Shown piece after piece: positions 38,625-48,707 of a stretch of DNA of 64,000 nucleotides. The position numbers were made by a program, and so were the translations under genes. The notes beneath the pieces were generated by a model. That model saw nothing but the letters and a program-made list of their open reading frames with translations. It was not told where the DNA came from and did not search any database. Position 1 is the first letter of the stretch. Every line of letters begins with the position of its first letter. Origin of the DNA: Oculatellaceae cyanobacterium bins.114 (GTDB taxonomy: Bacteria; Cyanobacteriota; Cyanobacteriia; Elainellales; Elainellaceae); assembly GCA_033764315.1 (NCBI GenBank), contig JANRJA010000229.1, forward strand, positions 1 to 64,000, given 5' to 3'.

Positions 38625-39569
38625 ATGGATAAAAGATCACCTCAAAAGAACAATCAAAATCAACCCCTTAGTTTTGGCTCAGAGCTTCCCGCTTCTTTAA
38701 GAAAGAATTACGCCATTACTATTTTCGTTTTAGTTGTATTGAGCGTACTCAATCTTTCTCTGAGTTCCGATCATGGAACCTGGACTTTTTCGCTTGAGTT
38801 AAAAGTTACATCAATCACATTATTTCTACTATTTTTGCTTTGGTTGCCCATTCTGCTGCCCTGGTTTTTATATAGAGTTCCACAGTTACAAGGATCTTTA
38901 AGCTGGTTGCGCGAACAAGGAATTGAAGAGATTGAAACTAATCTTTTAAGAATTAAGTTGAAGTATGGTGTTCAAGAAGCATCAGACCAATATCGAGAGC
39001 AAATATCAGAAGCTGGAGCGGTTAATCTAGCCTCTGAGGAAACACAACAGCAGCTTGAAAAACGATATCGAGAGGCGATCGCTTTAGTCAATGCCACGAG
39101 CAACATAGCACCAGAAGAAGCACTCAAACGAATCGATCAATTAGCCGATTATTACGATCGAGTTCGTGAGGAAATGCCCTCTGGACGTAACCGTACTAAA
39201 TTAATGCGTGAAATTTCATCAACGATGTGGACTCTGGTGCCTAAAGTGATTCATTTTCCTATTACTAAAAGGTTGACGAGTGACAAAGGAGGAGAACGTT
39301 TATCGGCTTATAAATATATTGAATGGAGTGCGTTAGTAGACGACATAGACTTGTTAGTATCAAGAGCCATTGGTGCTTTAGAAATGCCTTTCACACAACA
39401 CAGTGCTTTATTAGCATTAAGGCGAGTCGTCACCAACACTACATTGACATCTCAACAATCTGCAAAGATGATTGATATTCTGACTTGGTCAGCCGATCTT
39501 GACTATATGGGCTTAGATCGTCGGCAACTGATGCTTGAAATTGCCTCAATTCTAAAAGCCAAGATATAG
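38625..39569 (+). CDS. Hypothetical membrane protein
   Basis: 314-aa ORF with two N-terminal hydrophobic segments; no family recognised. Confidence 0.6.
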   Translation: MDKRSPQKNNQNQPLSFGSELPASLRKNYAITIFVLVVLSVLNLSLSSDHGTWTFSLELKVTSITLFLLFLLWLPILLPWFLYRVPQLQGSLSWLREQGIEEIETNLLRIKLKYGVQEASDQYREQISEAGAVNLASEETQQQLEKRYREAIALVNATSNIAPEEALKRIDQLADYYDRVREEMPSGRNRTKLMREISSTMWTLVPKVIHFPITKRLTSDKGGERLSAYKYIEWSALVDDIDLLVSRAIGALEMPFTQHSALLALRRVVTNTTLTSQQSAKMIDILTWSADLDYMGLDRRQLMLEIASILKAKI

Positions 39570-39609
39570 CTGCAAGCATCATTTATAGGCTTTCATAAAC
39601 CTCTGGTTT

Positions 39610-39642
39610 AGCACCCCGGATGCTTCAAGCATCCGGGGTGCT
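39610..39642. terminator. Perfect 16-bp inverted repeat between convergent genes
   Basis: agcaccccggatgctt-c-aagcatccggggtgct. Confidence 0.55.
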
Positions 39643-39647
39643 GTGGC

Positions 39648-41117
39648 TCAAAATCGCTCTAGTGATGGGAACTGTTCATGCGCCGTAGCCCTTGCTCCCT
39701 CCCCACAAGTGCGCGGAGTGGGAAAGATCTTCTCAGGGTTAGCGAGTCCTTTGGGGTTAAACACCTGCCGCACCCACTGCATCGTTTCTAAATCGGTGGG
39801 GCTAAACATCTCTGGCATATAACAGGCTTTGTCTGCCCCGATGCCGTGCTCGCCTGAAATGCTGCCGCCTACCTCAACACACAGTTTGAGAATGTCGCCC
39901 CCCAAAGCTTCGACCTGCTCTAACTGACCAGGTACTGAGTTGTCGTAGAGAATTAATGGATGTAAATTGCCATCCCCAGCATGAAACACATTAGCGACGC
40001 GATAGCCGTGTTTTGTGCCCAATTCCTCAATTTGCTTGAGCACATATTGCAGCCTCGTGCGGGGAATCACCCCATCTTGCACGTAGTAGTCAGGGCTAAT
40101 TTTGCCCATTGCGGCGAAGGCGGCTTTGCGTCCCTTCCACAGAGTTAATCGCTCTTGCGGGTCAGTGGCCGTGCGAATGTTGCGTGCTCCATTGTGCCGA
40201 CAAATGGCTTCGACCTGCTGGCTATTGCTAGCCACCTCGACCTCTAAGCCATCGATCTCAATTAACAAGATGGCTGCCGCGTCACGGGGATAGCAATTGG
40301 TCGCAACCACATCTTCAACAGCATTGATGCTGAAGTTGTCCATCATCTCCATGCCACCAGGAATGATGCCTGCGCTGATGATGTCAGATACGGCTTGTCC
40401 TGCCGCTTCGACACTGGTGAAGTCTGCCAACAATACATGAATCGCTTCTGGGGCTTTGAGAATGCGGAGGGTAATTTCGGTGGCGATGCCCAACGTGCCC
40501 TCAGAGCCAACAAATAGTCCCGTCAGGTCATACCCTGGCATCTCTGGAATTTTGTTGCCAATGTCTACAATTGAGCCATCCGGTAACACAACTTTTAAGC
40601 CCAAGACGTGATTGGTGGTGACGCCATACTTCAAGCAATGCACGCCACCAGAGTTTTCGGCTACATTGCCGCCGACAGAGCAGATGATTTGGCTGGAGGG
40701 GTCTGGGGCATAGTAAAACCCAGAGCCACTCACCGCTTGAGTCACCCAGTTGTTGATCACCCCCGGTTGCACGACGACTCGCTGATTCTCTAGATCCACT
40801 TCCAGGATGCGGTTCATCAACGCTGTGACAATAAGGACGCTGTTTTCAATGGGCAAGCCCCCCCCTGATAACCCTGTCCCTGCCCCGCGCGCAATAAAGG
40901 GCACCTGATAGCGATCGCACACCTTTACCAACTCTGCTACCTGCTCAGTCGTGCGTGGCAACACCACCAGTGCTGGGCGTTGTTTATAGCTGGTTAGCCC
41001 ATCGCATTCGTAGACAAATAACTCCTCGCGTCGCTGAATCACCTGGGCTTTACCAGCGATCGCCTCAAAGTCTCGAATAATCGGTTTCCAATCGCGTTGA
41101 GTGTTCAGCGTCAGCAT
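39648..41117 (-). CDS. glcD: Glycolate oxidase FAD-linked subunit
   Basis: ARGAGTGLSGG, APDPSSQ, HAGDGNLHP and ISGEHGIG motifs. Confidence 0.9.
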   Translation of the reverse strand: MLTLNTQRDWKPIIRDFEAIAGKAQVIQRREELFVYECDGLTSYKQRPALVVLPRTTEQVAELVKVCDRYQVPFIARGAGTGLSGGGLPIENSVLIVTALMNRILEVDLENQRVVVQPGVINNWVTQAVSGSGFYYAPDPSSQIICSVGGNVAENSGGVHCLKYGVTTNHVLGLKVVLPDGSIVDIGNKIPEMPGYDLTGLFVGSEGTLGIATEITLRILKAPEAIHVLLADFTSVEAAGQAVSDIISAGIIPGGMEMMDNFSINAVEDVVATNCYPRDAAAILLIEIDGLEVEVASNSQQVEAICRHNGARNIRTATDPQERLTLWKGRKAAFAAMGKISPDYYVQDGVIPRTRLQYVLKQIEELGTKHGYRVANVFHAGDGNLHPLILYDNSVPGQLEQVEALGGDILKLCVEVGGSISGEHGIGADKACYMPEMFSPTDLETMQWVRQVFNPKGLANPEKIFPTPRTCGEGARATAHEQFPSLERF

Positions 41118-41283
41118 GAGGAGGAAAAAAGGAAAAAAGAAGAGAGAAGAAGGAAAAAGAAGAGAGAATACAAAAAAGAGAAAAGGCTGAAGGCTAAAGG
41201 GTCAATTGAGCGATACTTGCTAAAGTCGGAATAAGCTTTATTTTTCAATCTTCATTTTTCAATCTTCATTCTTCCAACTTACC

Positions 41284-42813
41284 TCACTCTGTCCCTTCTA
41301 AAAAGGTTTGTACTCTGCCATCAGGGCTGAGAACTAGCCGGATTCGAGCACTCTGCCCTCTTTCGAGGGGAGAGACCAACGGCTCACCTGTCAGGGGAAT
41401 GCCTGTGCGATCGATGTAGGTGCTAGAGGCTTGCCCCAAAGGGGTGATTTGCTGGAGTGTGCCGTCAGCCCCCAGCGACAACCGATATTCTAGGGTTTGA
41501 TTTAAGGTCTCAGGGGGCGTCCAGCGTTGTTGAAAGTAGTCTCTCAATTCTGAGACTTGAGGAATCGTATCAAAGGCAGTGCCTCTCGATGCACCAGCGG
41601 CGGTGCGTTGGTTAGGTGCTTCTAGGGCAACCCCACCCTCTGGCGCAACTCGACTCGCGGCGGCACTATCACTGGCAGCCTCAGGTGCAGCAGGCAACGG
41701 AGGGGCTTGCACGGCACCAGGGCGAGGAGGAATCTGAATCTGAGAGTTGGGGGGTGCTGAGGCGATCGCCCCTGGTCGAGCGTTTTGTTGAGGAATTGGA
41801 GCTAACTGTGGCAAGGCAGGGAGGTCGGTGGGGCGAGTGGGGATAGTGCTGCCATTGGGCGGAACAGTGCCCGGAACGGGTACTGGAGGGAGTGTCCCCG
41901 TTGGGATTGGAGTCGGAATTGAGGTTAAGTCGGGGGACGTCTTGGCAGGGTCAAGAACAGGTGGAGCCGTGCTAAAAGTCTCTGGCGCACTTGCTCCGTC
42001 CTGGCTGCTAGCTGGACTGGAGGCCGTTTGCATCTCTGGGGATGACACATCCATCACAAATTTGCCTAACGTCGCCGTGACTCCTACCGCTAAAACAGCA
42101 GCAGCGGCTATTTTTAGCCAACCACTCCGAGACTGCAACCAAGCTGGACGGGTCAGCAATGGCAATGCGATCGCATCCGCCGCATACTCATCTAACGCAT
42201 TGGCCAAATCAAACAGTTGCAGTGTACTCAAAGTAACCACCAGCCCTGACTCATCAGTCATCAACGTGCCGAGATGCAATTCGTGGTGGAGTAGTCCTTT
42301 AGGTTGCAGGTAGATATTCTCTGACTCGACTGCCCTAAGCGGAGGGGTGATGGGTGCTTGCATCGAGGGGGCAGCAGCATAGAGCCGTTCTCCGTTAGAA
42401 GGAATCATGCCATCCGGCAGGGATCTCGGTGTTGAACTGGGGTCGGCCATGACCCCATCCGGAGAATTGCGGCGCATCCCCTCTGAGTTAACCTGCATAA
42501 ACCGCTGGTTAAACTGGGTTGGAGCTGAGTCTAACAACGTTTGAACATAGGTTTCGACCGCTTCGTGCAATGCTTCCAATTGAGTGCGATCGCCCGTCAC
42601 ATGAACCTGGTCTTCAGGCATCAACCGGGGGTCATCAAAACTCAACTGAAACCGCAACTGCTTTAACACCGCCCGATCAGTCCACCGTGAGAGAGGGGAC
42701 TCATTGGCGGTAATGACCAAAGTGCAGGTTGGTGGCGTATATCGACGAAGAACAGAGGGCATTAGTCTAGAACGAGGAACGACAAGGGAAGAGAAAAAAA
42801 GAAGAGAGAACAA
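41284..42813 (-). CDS. DUF4335-like cyanobacterial protein
   Basis: RRYTPPTCTL and LSTLQLFDLANALDEY motifs, one TM helix, Pro-rich linker. Confidence 0.7.
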   Translation of the reverse strand: MFSLLFFSSLVVPRSRLMPSVLRRYTPPTCTLVITANESPLSRWTDRAVLKQLRFQLSFDDPRLMPEDQVHVTGDRTQLEALHEAVETYVQTLLDSAPTQFNQRFMQVNSEGMRRNSPDGVMADPSSTPRSLPDGMIPSNGERLYAAAPSMQAPITPPLRAVESENIYLQPKGLLHHELHLGTLMTDESGLVVTLSTLQLFDLANALDEYAADAIALPLLTRPAWLQSRSGWLKIAAAAVLAVGVTATLGKFVMDVSSPEMQTASSPASSQDGASAPETFSTAPPVLDPAKTSPDLTSIPTPIPTGTLPPVPVPGTVPPNGSTIPTRPTDLPALPQLAPIPQQNARPGAIASAPPNSQIQIPPRPGAVQAPPLPAAPEAASDSAAASRVAPEGGVALEAPNQRTAAGASRGTAFDTIPQVSELRDYFQQRWTPPETLNQTLEYRLSLGADGTLQQITPLGQASSTYIDRTGIPLTGEPLVSPLERGQSARIRLVLSPDGRVQTFLEGTE

Positions 42814-42816
42814 GAA

Positions 42817-43464
42817 TTATCGGGCGCGATCGAGTAGGGCCATCCACAATCGACGGGTTCCCGTTGGCGCACTATAAAACAGCAGGTCAATCAAGAGCTT
42901 GAGTGCCAGATAGGTCAGTTGATCGGGAGGCGTTTCATCGCCTTCATCCATGCGCTCTTGATACATATTATTGAAAGAATCGAGGTAATCACCTAATAAT
43001 GCTGTTTGATGAGGGGGTTTGTTTTGTTCGGTGAGTTGTTCGAGCAGGGCAACAGCACGGCGAATCAGTTCTTGATGCTGTTTTGCCAGATGACAGGTGA
43101 TCAAAACGAGCGATCGCGCTTCTTCTACATCTAAGCGTTTGCGCCCATGCCCTTTACGAAGGGGACTCGATTGCCGTAATCGCCACAACGAGACGCGATC
43201 GGCAACCACTTCAGTCAGATTTAAATCGGTTGCAGCTTGTAGCATCGCCTCTGAGCCAATGCCAGCCAGTGCTTCTAACGCCAACAAGATTAAGTCTAAT
43301 TGCGCCTTAATGTTGTCGAGTTGAGCAGGGTCAGGCTGATGTGTGAGGGGCAAATCGTCCCAAGCAGAATGGGTGGTAGGCGGCTTCACAGTAGAGGGCA
43401 TAGTGTTAGAAATAGGCATTTTAAATAGCGCATCACCTCCCAAAAACTTGACTGCTACTTTCAA
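42817..43464 (-). CDS. DUF3038-like cyanobacterial protein
   Basis: LDLILLALEAL, DRVSLWRLRQSSPLR and LLFYSAPTGTRRLW motifs. Confidence 0.75.
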   Translation of the reverse strand: MKVAVKFLGGDALFKMPISNTMPSTVKPPTTHSAWDDLPLTHQPDPAQLDNIKAQLDLILLALEALAGIGSEAMLQAATDLNLTEVVADRVSLWRLRQSSPLRKGHGRKRLDVEEARSLVLITCHLAKQHQELIRRAVALLEQLTEQNKPPHQTALLGDYLDSFNNMYQERMDEGDETPPDQLTYLALKLLIDLLFYSAPTGTRRLWMALLDRAR

Positions 43465-43806
43465 GGTAGGAGGTAATGAGGCTGAGAAAAGGTGTGTTTC
43501 AAGACTTGAAACACGACTGCTGAAATCGTGAGTAAGTTTCCACTTACCCTACGATGTTTCAAATCAAACAACATCCATCAAGTGGGCTATATCTTACTAA
43601 CGCACGACTGTAACGAAAACAGTGACGTTTGTGTTGAATCTGGTAAAGAATCTTGAGGGATGCTTTATTGCATTCAACACGACATCACATTCAGCATGAC
43701 ACCAATTGTGTTCGTTGCAGTGAGAGGGGTTAGTTGAGAGGGGTTAGCTGTTTGCGATCGCTATCTACCGCTGCTGTTTTTGAATTGTTAAGATGATGGT
43801 AAGCGC

Positions 43807-44193
43807 GTGCTAGAACCCATGATTGAAACTCTGTTAATTTTTGTAGGAACGGCGATCGCCCTTTACCTCTTACTGGGGTTACTTGAGCAATCGGTCAAGT
43901 GGTTTCGGCAGTTTGTGTTCAAAAACAACACTGACACTTGTACAGCAACTTCTACGGCGACTGCCCAGGGTCGTAAAGCAACTATCTGCGATGGTCTAGC
44001 CTCTGCTTCACAGACGTTTCCTGCGGATCTTGACTGGGGGGTTGCTCAGTGTGACACTCATATTGATGTATGTCCTGCAACCCCTGAAGCCGTCAGCAGT
44101 TTTGCAGAAGGAATGCAGGGAGTGTTAGACGGATCGGGAGAACACGTGGGCAAGCTGGTGGAATCGGCGATTCATGCTGTTTCAGAGTTATAG
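43807..44193 (+). CDS. Hypothetical protein
   Basis: ORF with an N-terminal hydrophobic helix; no family recognised. Confidence 0.45.
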   Translation: MLEPMIETLLIFVGTAIALYLLLGLLEQSVKWFRQFVFKNNTDTCTATSTATAQGRKATICDGLASASQTFPADLDWGVAQCDTHIDVCPATPEAVSSFAEGMQGVLDGSGEHVGKLVESAIHAVSEL

Positions 44194-44341
44194 ACTGAAA
44201 AGTTATAAACTGAAAACCGACCCTCGATCGATTCTCCCTGCAACTCCTAATTGACGTTAGCGATTGAACGGCACCTAGCCCCGCACGCATCAGCAAAAAG
44301 GCTACTGGGAGTGGTAACCGCATTTATCAACCGACTCCTTT

Positions 44342-44788
44342 CTAAAACAAACGAACGTGGTGCTTTTCACAAACGGCGAGGAAGGCGTCTAGATCGGCAG
44401 GCAGCGATGGAGCTTTCTCCCCTGCTTCGCGATAAAACCCTGCTGCAAACGTAGGAATGATTTCCAACATGCGAGTTGTTGGGGAACAAATTCTAAAGCT
44501 GTGAGCTACATTTTCAGGAACATACATCATTGTTCCTGGAATTGCTAGGGCTTTGCGGTTGGCGACTTGTACTTCTACCTCACCTTCTAAAACATAAAAG
44601 GTTTCAGCCCAGGGGTGGCTGTGCAGGGGTGCTCCATTATCAGTGGTGCCAGTGATTTCATGCATTACCCATTCGCTTTGGGTGTTATCTTGACCTAGTT
44701 TTAGGGTAAAGGTCAGATTTGCCATTTGAAACGACTTACCTTCACCGGGTGTGAGCAATTTGGGCGATCGCAATAATTGGCTTGTCAT
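44342..44788 (-). CDS. Cupin-domain protein
   Basis: PLHSHPWAETFYVLEG and VPENVAHSF motifs. Confidence 0.85.
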   Translation of the reverse strand: MTSQLLRSPKLLTPGEGKSFQMANLTFTLKLGQDNTQSEWVMHEITGTTDNGAPLHSHPWAETFYVLEGEVEVQVANRKALAIPGTMMYVPENVAHSFRICSPTTRMLEIIPTFAAGFYREAGEKAPSLPADLDAFLAVCEKHHVRLF

Positions 44789-45094
44789 GATGCATTCTCT
44801 TGGTAACGTGTGACTAAAATGACATAGCTCTAAGGGCGATCGACTTATGCAGTAGTACAGTTGCTATTGCTATCTATAGGGGAGTGAATTCAGTTAATCT
44901 TCTAAAATAGAATTGGCTGTATAGCTTGCTATATCAGCGATGTACGAAGTTTTTGCTGGATTGAGGGTGCTAGTGTGGGCGATGAATTGATCAATCATTG
45001 CGATCTTTAAAAGCACAATAGGGATATGGTTATGCCATACCCCTTGGTAAAAAATAGTACCTAAATCTATAAGAGATTTATGGATGCTTTTTTA

Positions 45095-45580
45095 TTAACG
45101 ACGAGCGGCGGCTGTTGCAAACTGTTTGGCCGACTCCTGCAATCGCTGTGGATTCAATGCATTGAGATATTTTTGAGTCATTGCGGGGGTGAGTAACTCG
45201 ATCATCAAACGGTTTTCAACCCAAAGCTCAAGCACATCAAACAAATCGTCCCGGTTTGCAAAGCAGACCCGCCATCCTTCGCGATCGCCAATGCGTTCAA
45301 TTTCTTCACGACTAATGGGCACGGAAATGGCAGCGTGAAACGAGCTGTATTGAGTGGTTTGAGCGTTAATTTGAAACCCTACATGACCTTCCCAAGCATC
45401 TGGCACTAACTCAGTGCCCATCGGATAAAACTCGATTCCGGTGCCAACTTCATCGACTGCGAGGGTCATAAAACTGCCAGGATTGGGTGGAAAGGGGATT
45501 GCTTGACCCTGCAAGATCTCAGCAAAAACGTCTGCAACATGCTGAGGATTTTGTACAGCGATTGAAAAGTGGTGAAGCAT
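45095..45580 (-). CDS. VOC/glyoxalase-like protein
   Basis: MLHHFSIAVQNPQHVA, FHAAISV and ELWVENRLMIELL; ATG at 45580 preferred because the longer ORF overlaps mutS2. Confidence 0.65.
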   Translation of the reverse strand: MLHHFSIAVQNPQHVADVFAEILQGQAIPFPPNPGSFMTLAVDEVGTGIEFYPMGTELVPDAWEGHVGFQINAQTTQYSSFHAAISVPISREEIERIGDREGWRVCFANRDDLFDVLELWVENRLMIELLTPAMTQKYLNALNPQRLQESAKQFATAAARR

Positions 45581-45740
45581 AAGTGTCTCCTGGAAAACTG
45601 GGGAAAACCAGTCTGTGGTTGTATCGGCTAATACAAACTCTAGCCTTGGCGATCGCTCAACCACATACTCCAGATAGATGACCAAATGGAGTGAACTTCT
45701 TTTCATCAAATCGGGTGAACTTTGCCTGAGACTGGGTGAT

Positions 45741-48422
45741 TTATTCGACGTAGGCAACAGTTGCCCCTGTGCCTCCATCAGCTTTATCAGCCGCCTCAAA
45801 GCGAGAGATTTGAGGGTGGCGTTTAAGAAATTCGTGTACACCCTGACGTAGTTTTCCGGTGCCATGACCGTGGATGATCCAAATTGGGCCGGGATGGGCA
45901 GAGGCGATCGCCCGCTCTAGCGTGACTTCTGCGTCGGGCACTCGGCTACCCCGAATGTCGATCGTATTGCGGCTCGTGCGAACCGCCGGAGCCTCGACTT
46001 TGGCTTCTACTTTTGGAGTCGGAGTTGGAGTCGGAGTCGGTTTGGGCTTTTCGGGGAGTTCTGCTTTTTCGCCTTGCAAGGATTCAACGTCGGCTAAGGA
46101 AACCGTCATTTGCATTAACCCAAACCTGACTCGTAGATCTCCGTCGTTGTTTGGATTGCTCAACACTTCAGCGGTTTGTCCTAGTCGGGGAATGCGGACG
46201 CGATCGCCCACTTTAGGACGAAAACCGGGTTTGGGCTTGGCAGGTTGTTGGCGCGAGGGCAGTTGTTGTTCGGCAATCTGGTTCAGGGCTTCTGTCGCCT
46301 GTTGAGCATCCTGAGCTGTGACATTGCCGCGTTGTAATTGGCGAATCACCTGAGCAATTTCGCTACGTGCCTCCGCGATCGCTGCTTGCACTCGTTGTTC
46401 CTGTTGTTGTTGCAAATCTCGTTCGCGTTGTTGCAGAGAGTCTGCTTTGCGCGACAACTCTCGATGCAGTTGCTCGGTCTGCTGCAATAACTGGGCAGCG
46501 GCTTGAGCTTTTTGCTCTTGTTGGCGACGTTGTGCCTCTAACCCAGAAATCACCGCATTGACATCCTGCGAGGCTTCTAAACCGACTTTTTCGCGGGCTG
46601 ATGCAATAATGTCGAGTTTTAATCCCAATCGACTGGCGATCGCCAATGCATTTGAGCGACCGGGGATGCCCCAGAGGAGGCGATAGGTGGGTGAGAGGTT
46701 GACATCATCAAACTCCACAGACGCATTCTCAAACCGCTCGTCTTGATATTTCAATGCCTTGAGTTCGCCGTAGTGAGTTGTGGCTACGGTCAACAGAGCG
46801 TGGTCTGCTAGATATTGCAAGAGGGCGATCGCCAAGGCACTGCCTTCGGAGGGGTCTGTCCCTGCGCCGACTTCATCTAGCAGCACCAGAGAGTTGGAGA
46901 GGTAAGAATGAAGGCTAAAGGATGAAGGTGACGGAGAGACGCTAAAGGATGAAGGTGACGGAGAGACGCTAAAGGATGAAGGTGACGGAGAGACGCGATT
47001 AATCGCGTCTGTACTAAATAATTCATCACCGGATAATTCACCAGATAATTCATCACCAGGTAATTCACCAGATAATTCATCACCAGATAATTCATCCGGT
47101 TTGGTTGGTTGGTTTGGGGCGGTGTCCAAGGCATTCAAAATACGGCTGATGCGGCGAATGTGCCCAGAGAAGGTGGAAAGGCTTTGTTGCAGCGATTGCT
47201 CGTCACCAATGTCTGCTAACACAGCATCAAACCAGGGCAATTCAACGGGTTCGCGGGCAGGCACAAACAAACCTGCTTTTGCCATTAACACAGCAAGTCC
47301 GAGGGTTTTGAGGGTGACGGTTTTGCCCCCGGTGTTGGGTCCAGTAATGGCAATAACACGCAGATGGGGCTGAATCACCAGATCAATGGGGACGACAGGA
47401 AACCCTTGTTCGTGTTGTTGTTGCCACACTAACAGGGGATGGCGCAGTTGCCGTAACACGATGGATTCGGGACGATTTTCACTGGCTGACTGACCAAATT
47501 GAATAAAACGAGGAGAGTTAGCCCCTAACCACAGTGAATAACGAGCACGGGCAGCGGCTAGATCTAACGTTGTGGCGATCGCCAACACATTCTCCAGATC
47601 CGGCTTCACGGCGGCAACTTGCTCAGTCAACACCCGTCGCACAATTTCTTCTTCAGTTTGCTCGCGTCGTAGTAACTGCCGTAGTTGGTTGCCCTGGTTA
47701 ATAATAGCGTTTGGCTCTACATACAAGGTGGCACCGCTACTAGAGGCATCGTGGACAATTCCAGGAATTGCATCTTTGTGAGTGGCTTTGACGGGAATCA
47801 CAAAGCGATCGCCCCGTTGCGTAATGACGGATTCTTGAACGGCATTGCTGTGACGTTGCAAGATATTTTGCAGCATTTGGTAGACGCGATCGCGCACTGA
47901 GCGCAACTGCTCTCGAATCCCTTCTAGCTTTAAACTGGCGCGATCCATGACGCGCCCCCGCTCATCAATGCAGCGATGAATTTCTTGCTCCAATTCAGGG
48001 TAGGTGCGCAGATCGGAGACTAACGCCTGTAACACAGGCAGTTCCAGTTGATTGTCGATGGTGCGACGCAAGCTACGGGCACCCGATAGGGTGGTGGCGA
48101 TCGCCAACAACTCATCCCCCACCAAAATGCCCTGCAACTCAGCTCGCTCTAATGACTCACCAATATCTTGAATGCCTTCAAAGCTCAAGCTAGTGGATGA
48201 ACGGCTTTCGAGTTGATAAATTTCACGAGTCTGCGCCAACAGTGTCTCACTCTCACCCTGAGTTGTGGGAATGCGGAGATGACGGATGGCCGTGACTCCC
48301 AGCTTAGTGGCTGCAAAGGTGGCTAAATGTTGACATAAACGGGACCATTCCAATAAATCGAGGGTTTCAGTGGCAATGGTATCGATGGAATTCAAAGTGG
48401 TGACAGAAGGGTTGGGTTGCAA
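45741..48422 (-). CDS. mutS2: MutS2 family endonuclease/ATPase
   Basis: ITGPNTGGKT, QSLSTFSGHI, LLDEVGAGTDP and C-terminal Smr domain (IIHGHGTGKLR); contains a repeat-derived insertion. Confidence 0.93.
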   Translation of the reverse strand: MQPNPSVTTLNSIDTIATETLDLLEWSRLCQHLATFAATKLGVTAIRHLRIPTTQGESETLLAQTREIYQLESRSSTSLSFEGIQDIGESLERAELQGILVGDELLAIATTLSGARSLRRTIDNQLELPVLQALVSDLRTYPELEQEIHRCIDERGRVMDRASLKLEGIREQLRSVRDRVYQMLQNILQRHSNAVQESVITQRGDRFVIPVKATHKDAIPGIVHDASSSGATLYVEPNAIINQGNQLRQLLRREQTEEEIVRRVLTEQVAAVKPDLENVLAIATTLDLAAARARYSLWLGANSPRFIQFGQSASENRPESIVLRQLRHPLLVWQQQHEQGFPVVPIDLVIQPHLRVIAITGPNTGGKTVTLKTLGLAVLMAKAGLFVPAREPVELPWFDAVLADIGDEQSLQQSLSTFSGHIRRISRILNALDTAPNQPTKPDELSGDELSGELPGDELSGELSGDELFSTDAINRVSPSPSSFSVSPSPSSFSVSPSPSSFSLHSYLSNSLVLLDEVGAGTDPSEGSALAIALLQYLADHALLTVATTHYGELKALKYQDERFENASVEFDDVNLSPTYRLLWGIPGRSNALAIASRLGLKLDIIASAREKVGLEASQDVNAVISGLEAQRRQQEQKAQAAAQLLQQTEQLHRELSRKADSLQQRERDLQQQQEQRVQAAIAEARSEIAQVIRQLQRGNVTAQDAQQATEALNQIAEQQLPSRQQPAKPKPGFRPKVGDRVRIPRLGQTAEVLSNPNNDGDLRVRFGLMQMTVSLADVESLQGEKAELPEKPKPTPTPTPTPKVEAKVEAPAVRTSRNTIDIRGSRVPDAEVTLERAIASAHPGPIWIIHGHGTGKLRQGVHEFLKRHPQISRFEAADKADGGTGATVAYVE
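46914..47097. repeat. In-frame tandem repeats and a REP inside mutS2
   Basis: Three exact 27-bp units (gctaaaggatgaaggtgacggagagac) at 46914, 46941 and 46968; REP palindrome at 46987-47014; 12/15-bp taattca(tca)ccag units to about 47097. Confidence 0.85.
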
Positions 48423-48586
48423 AGCAGGGCGATCGCAAACGACTCAAAATAACAAGTCTTAACTCTTCCATTATCAAACACTCTGCTTGAAACAGGGTTG
48501 ACCCGATGAGGGAATTGCACTCATCCCCTGACCTCACCCTCTCTTAATCCTTTCTCCTTGAGGCTTCCGGTGCCCAAAAACAGGTT

Positions 48587-48616
48587 CTTAATAAAGCCTT
48601 AATTGAAGTTAAACCC
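48587..48616 (+). promoter_or_regulatory. Possible SphR/Pho box
   Basis: cttaataa, cttaattg and ttaaaccc at an 11-bp period upstream of a phosphatase gene; an imperfect match to YTTAAYYW repeats. Confidence 0.35.
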
Positions 48617-48707
48617 AATATTAGAGGCACTTAACGTCCTTGTGGGATTTTGAAAAGGTTAACAAAATTAAACCCACCATCCGTAATATTACTCATCGCC
48701 AGAAGCT

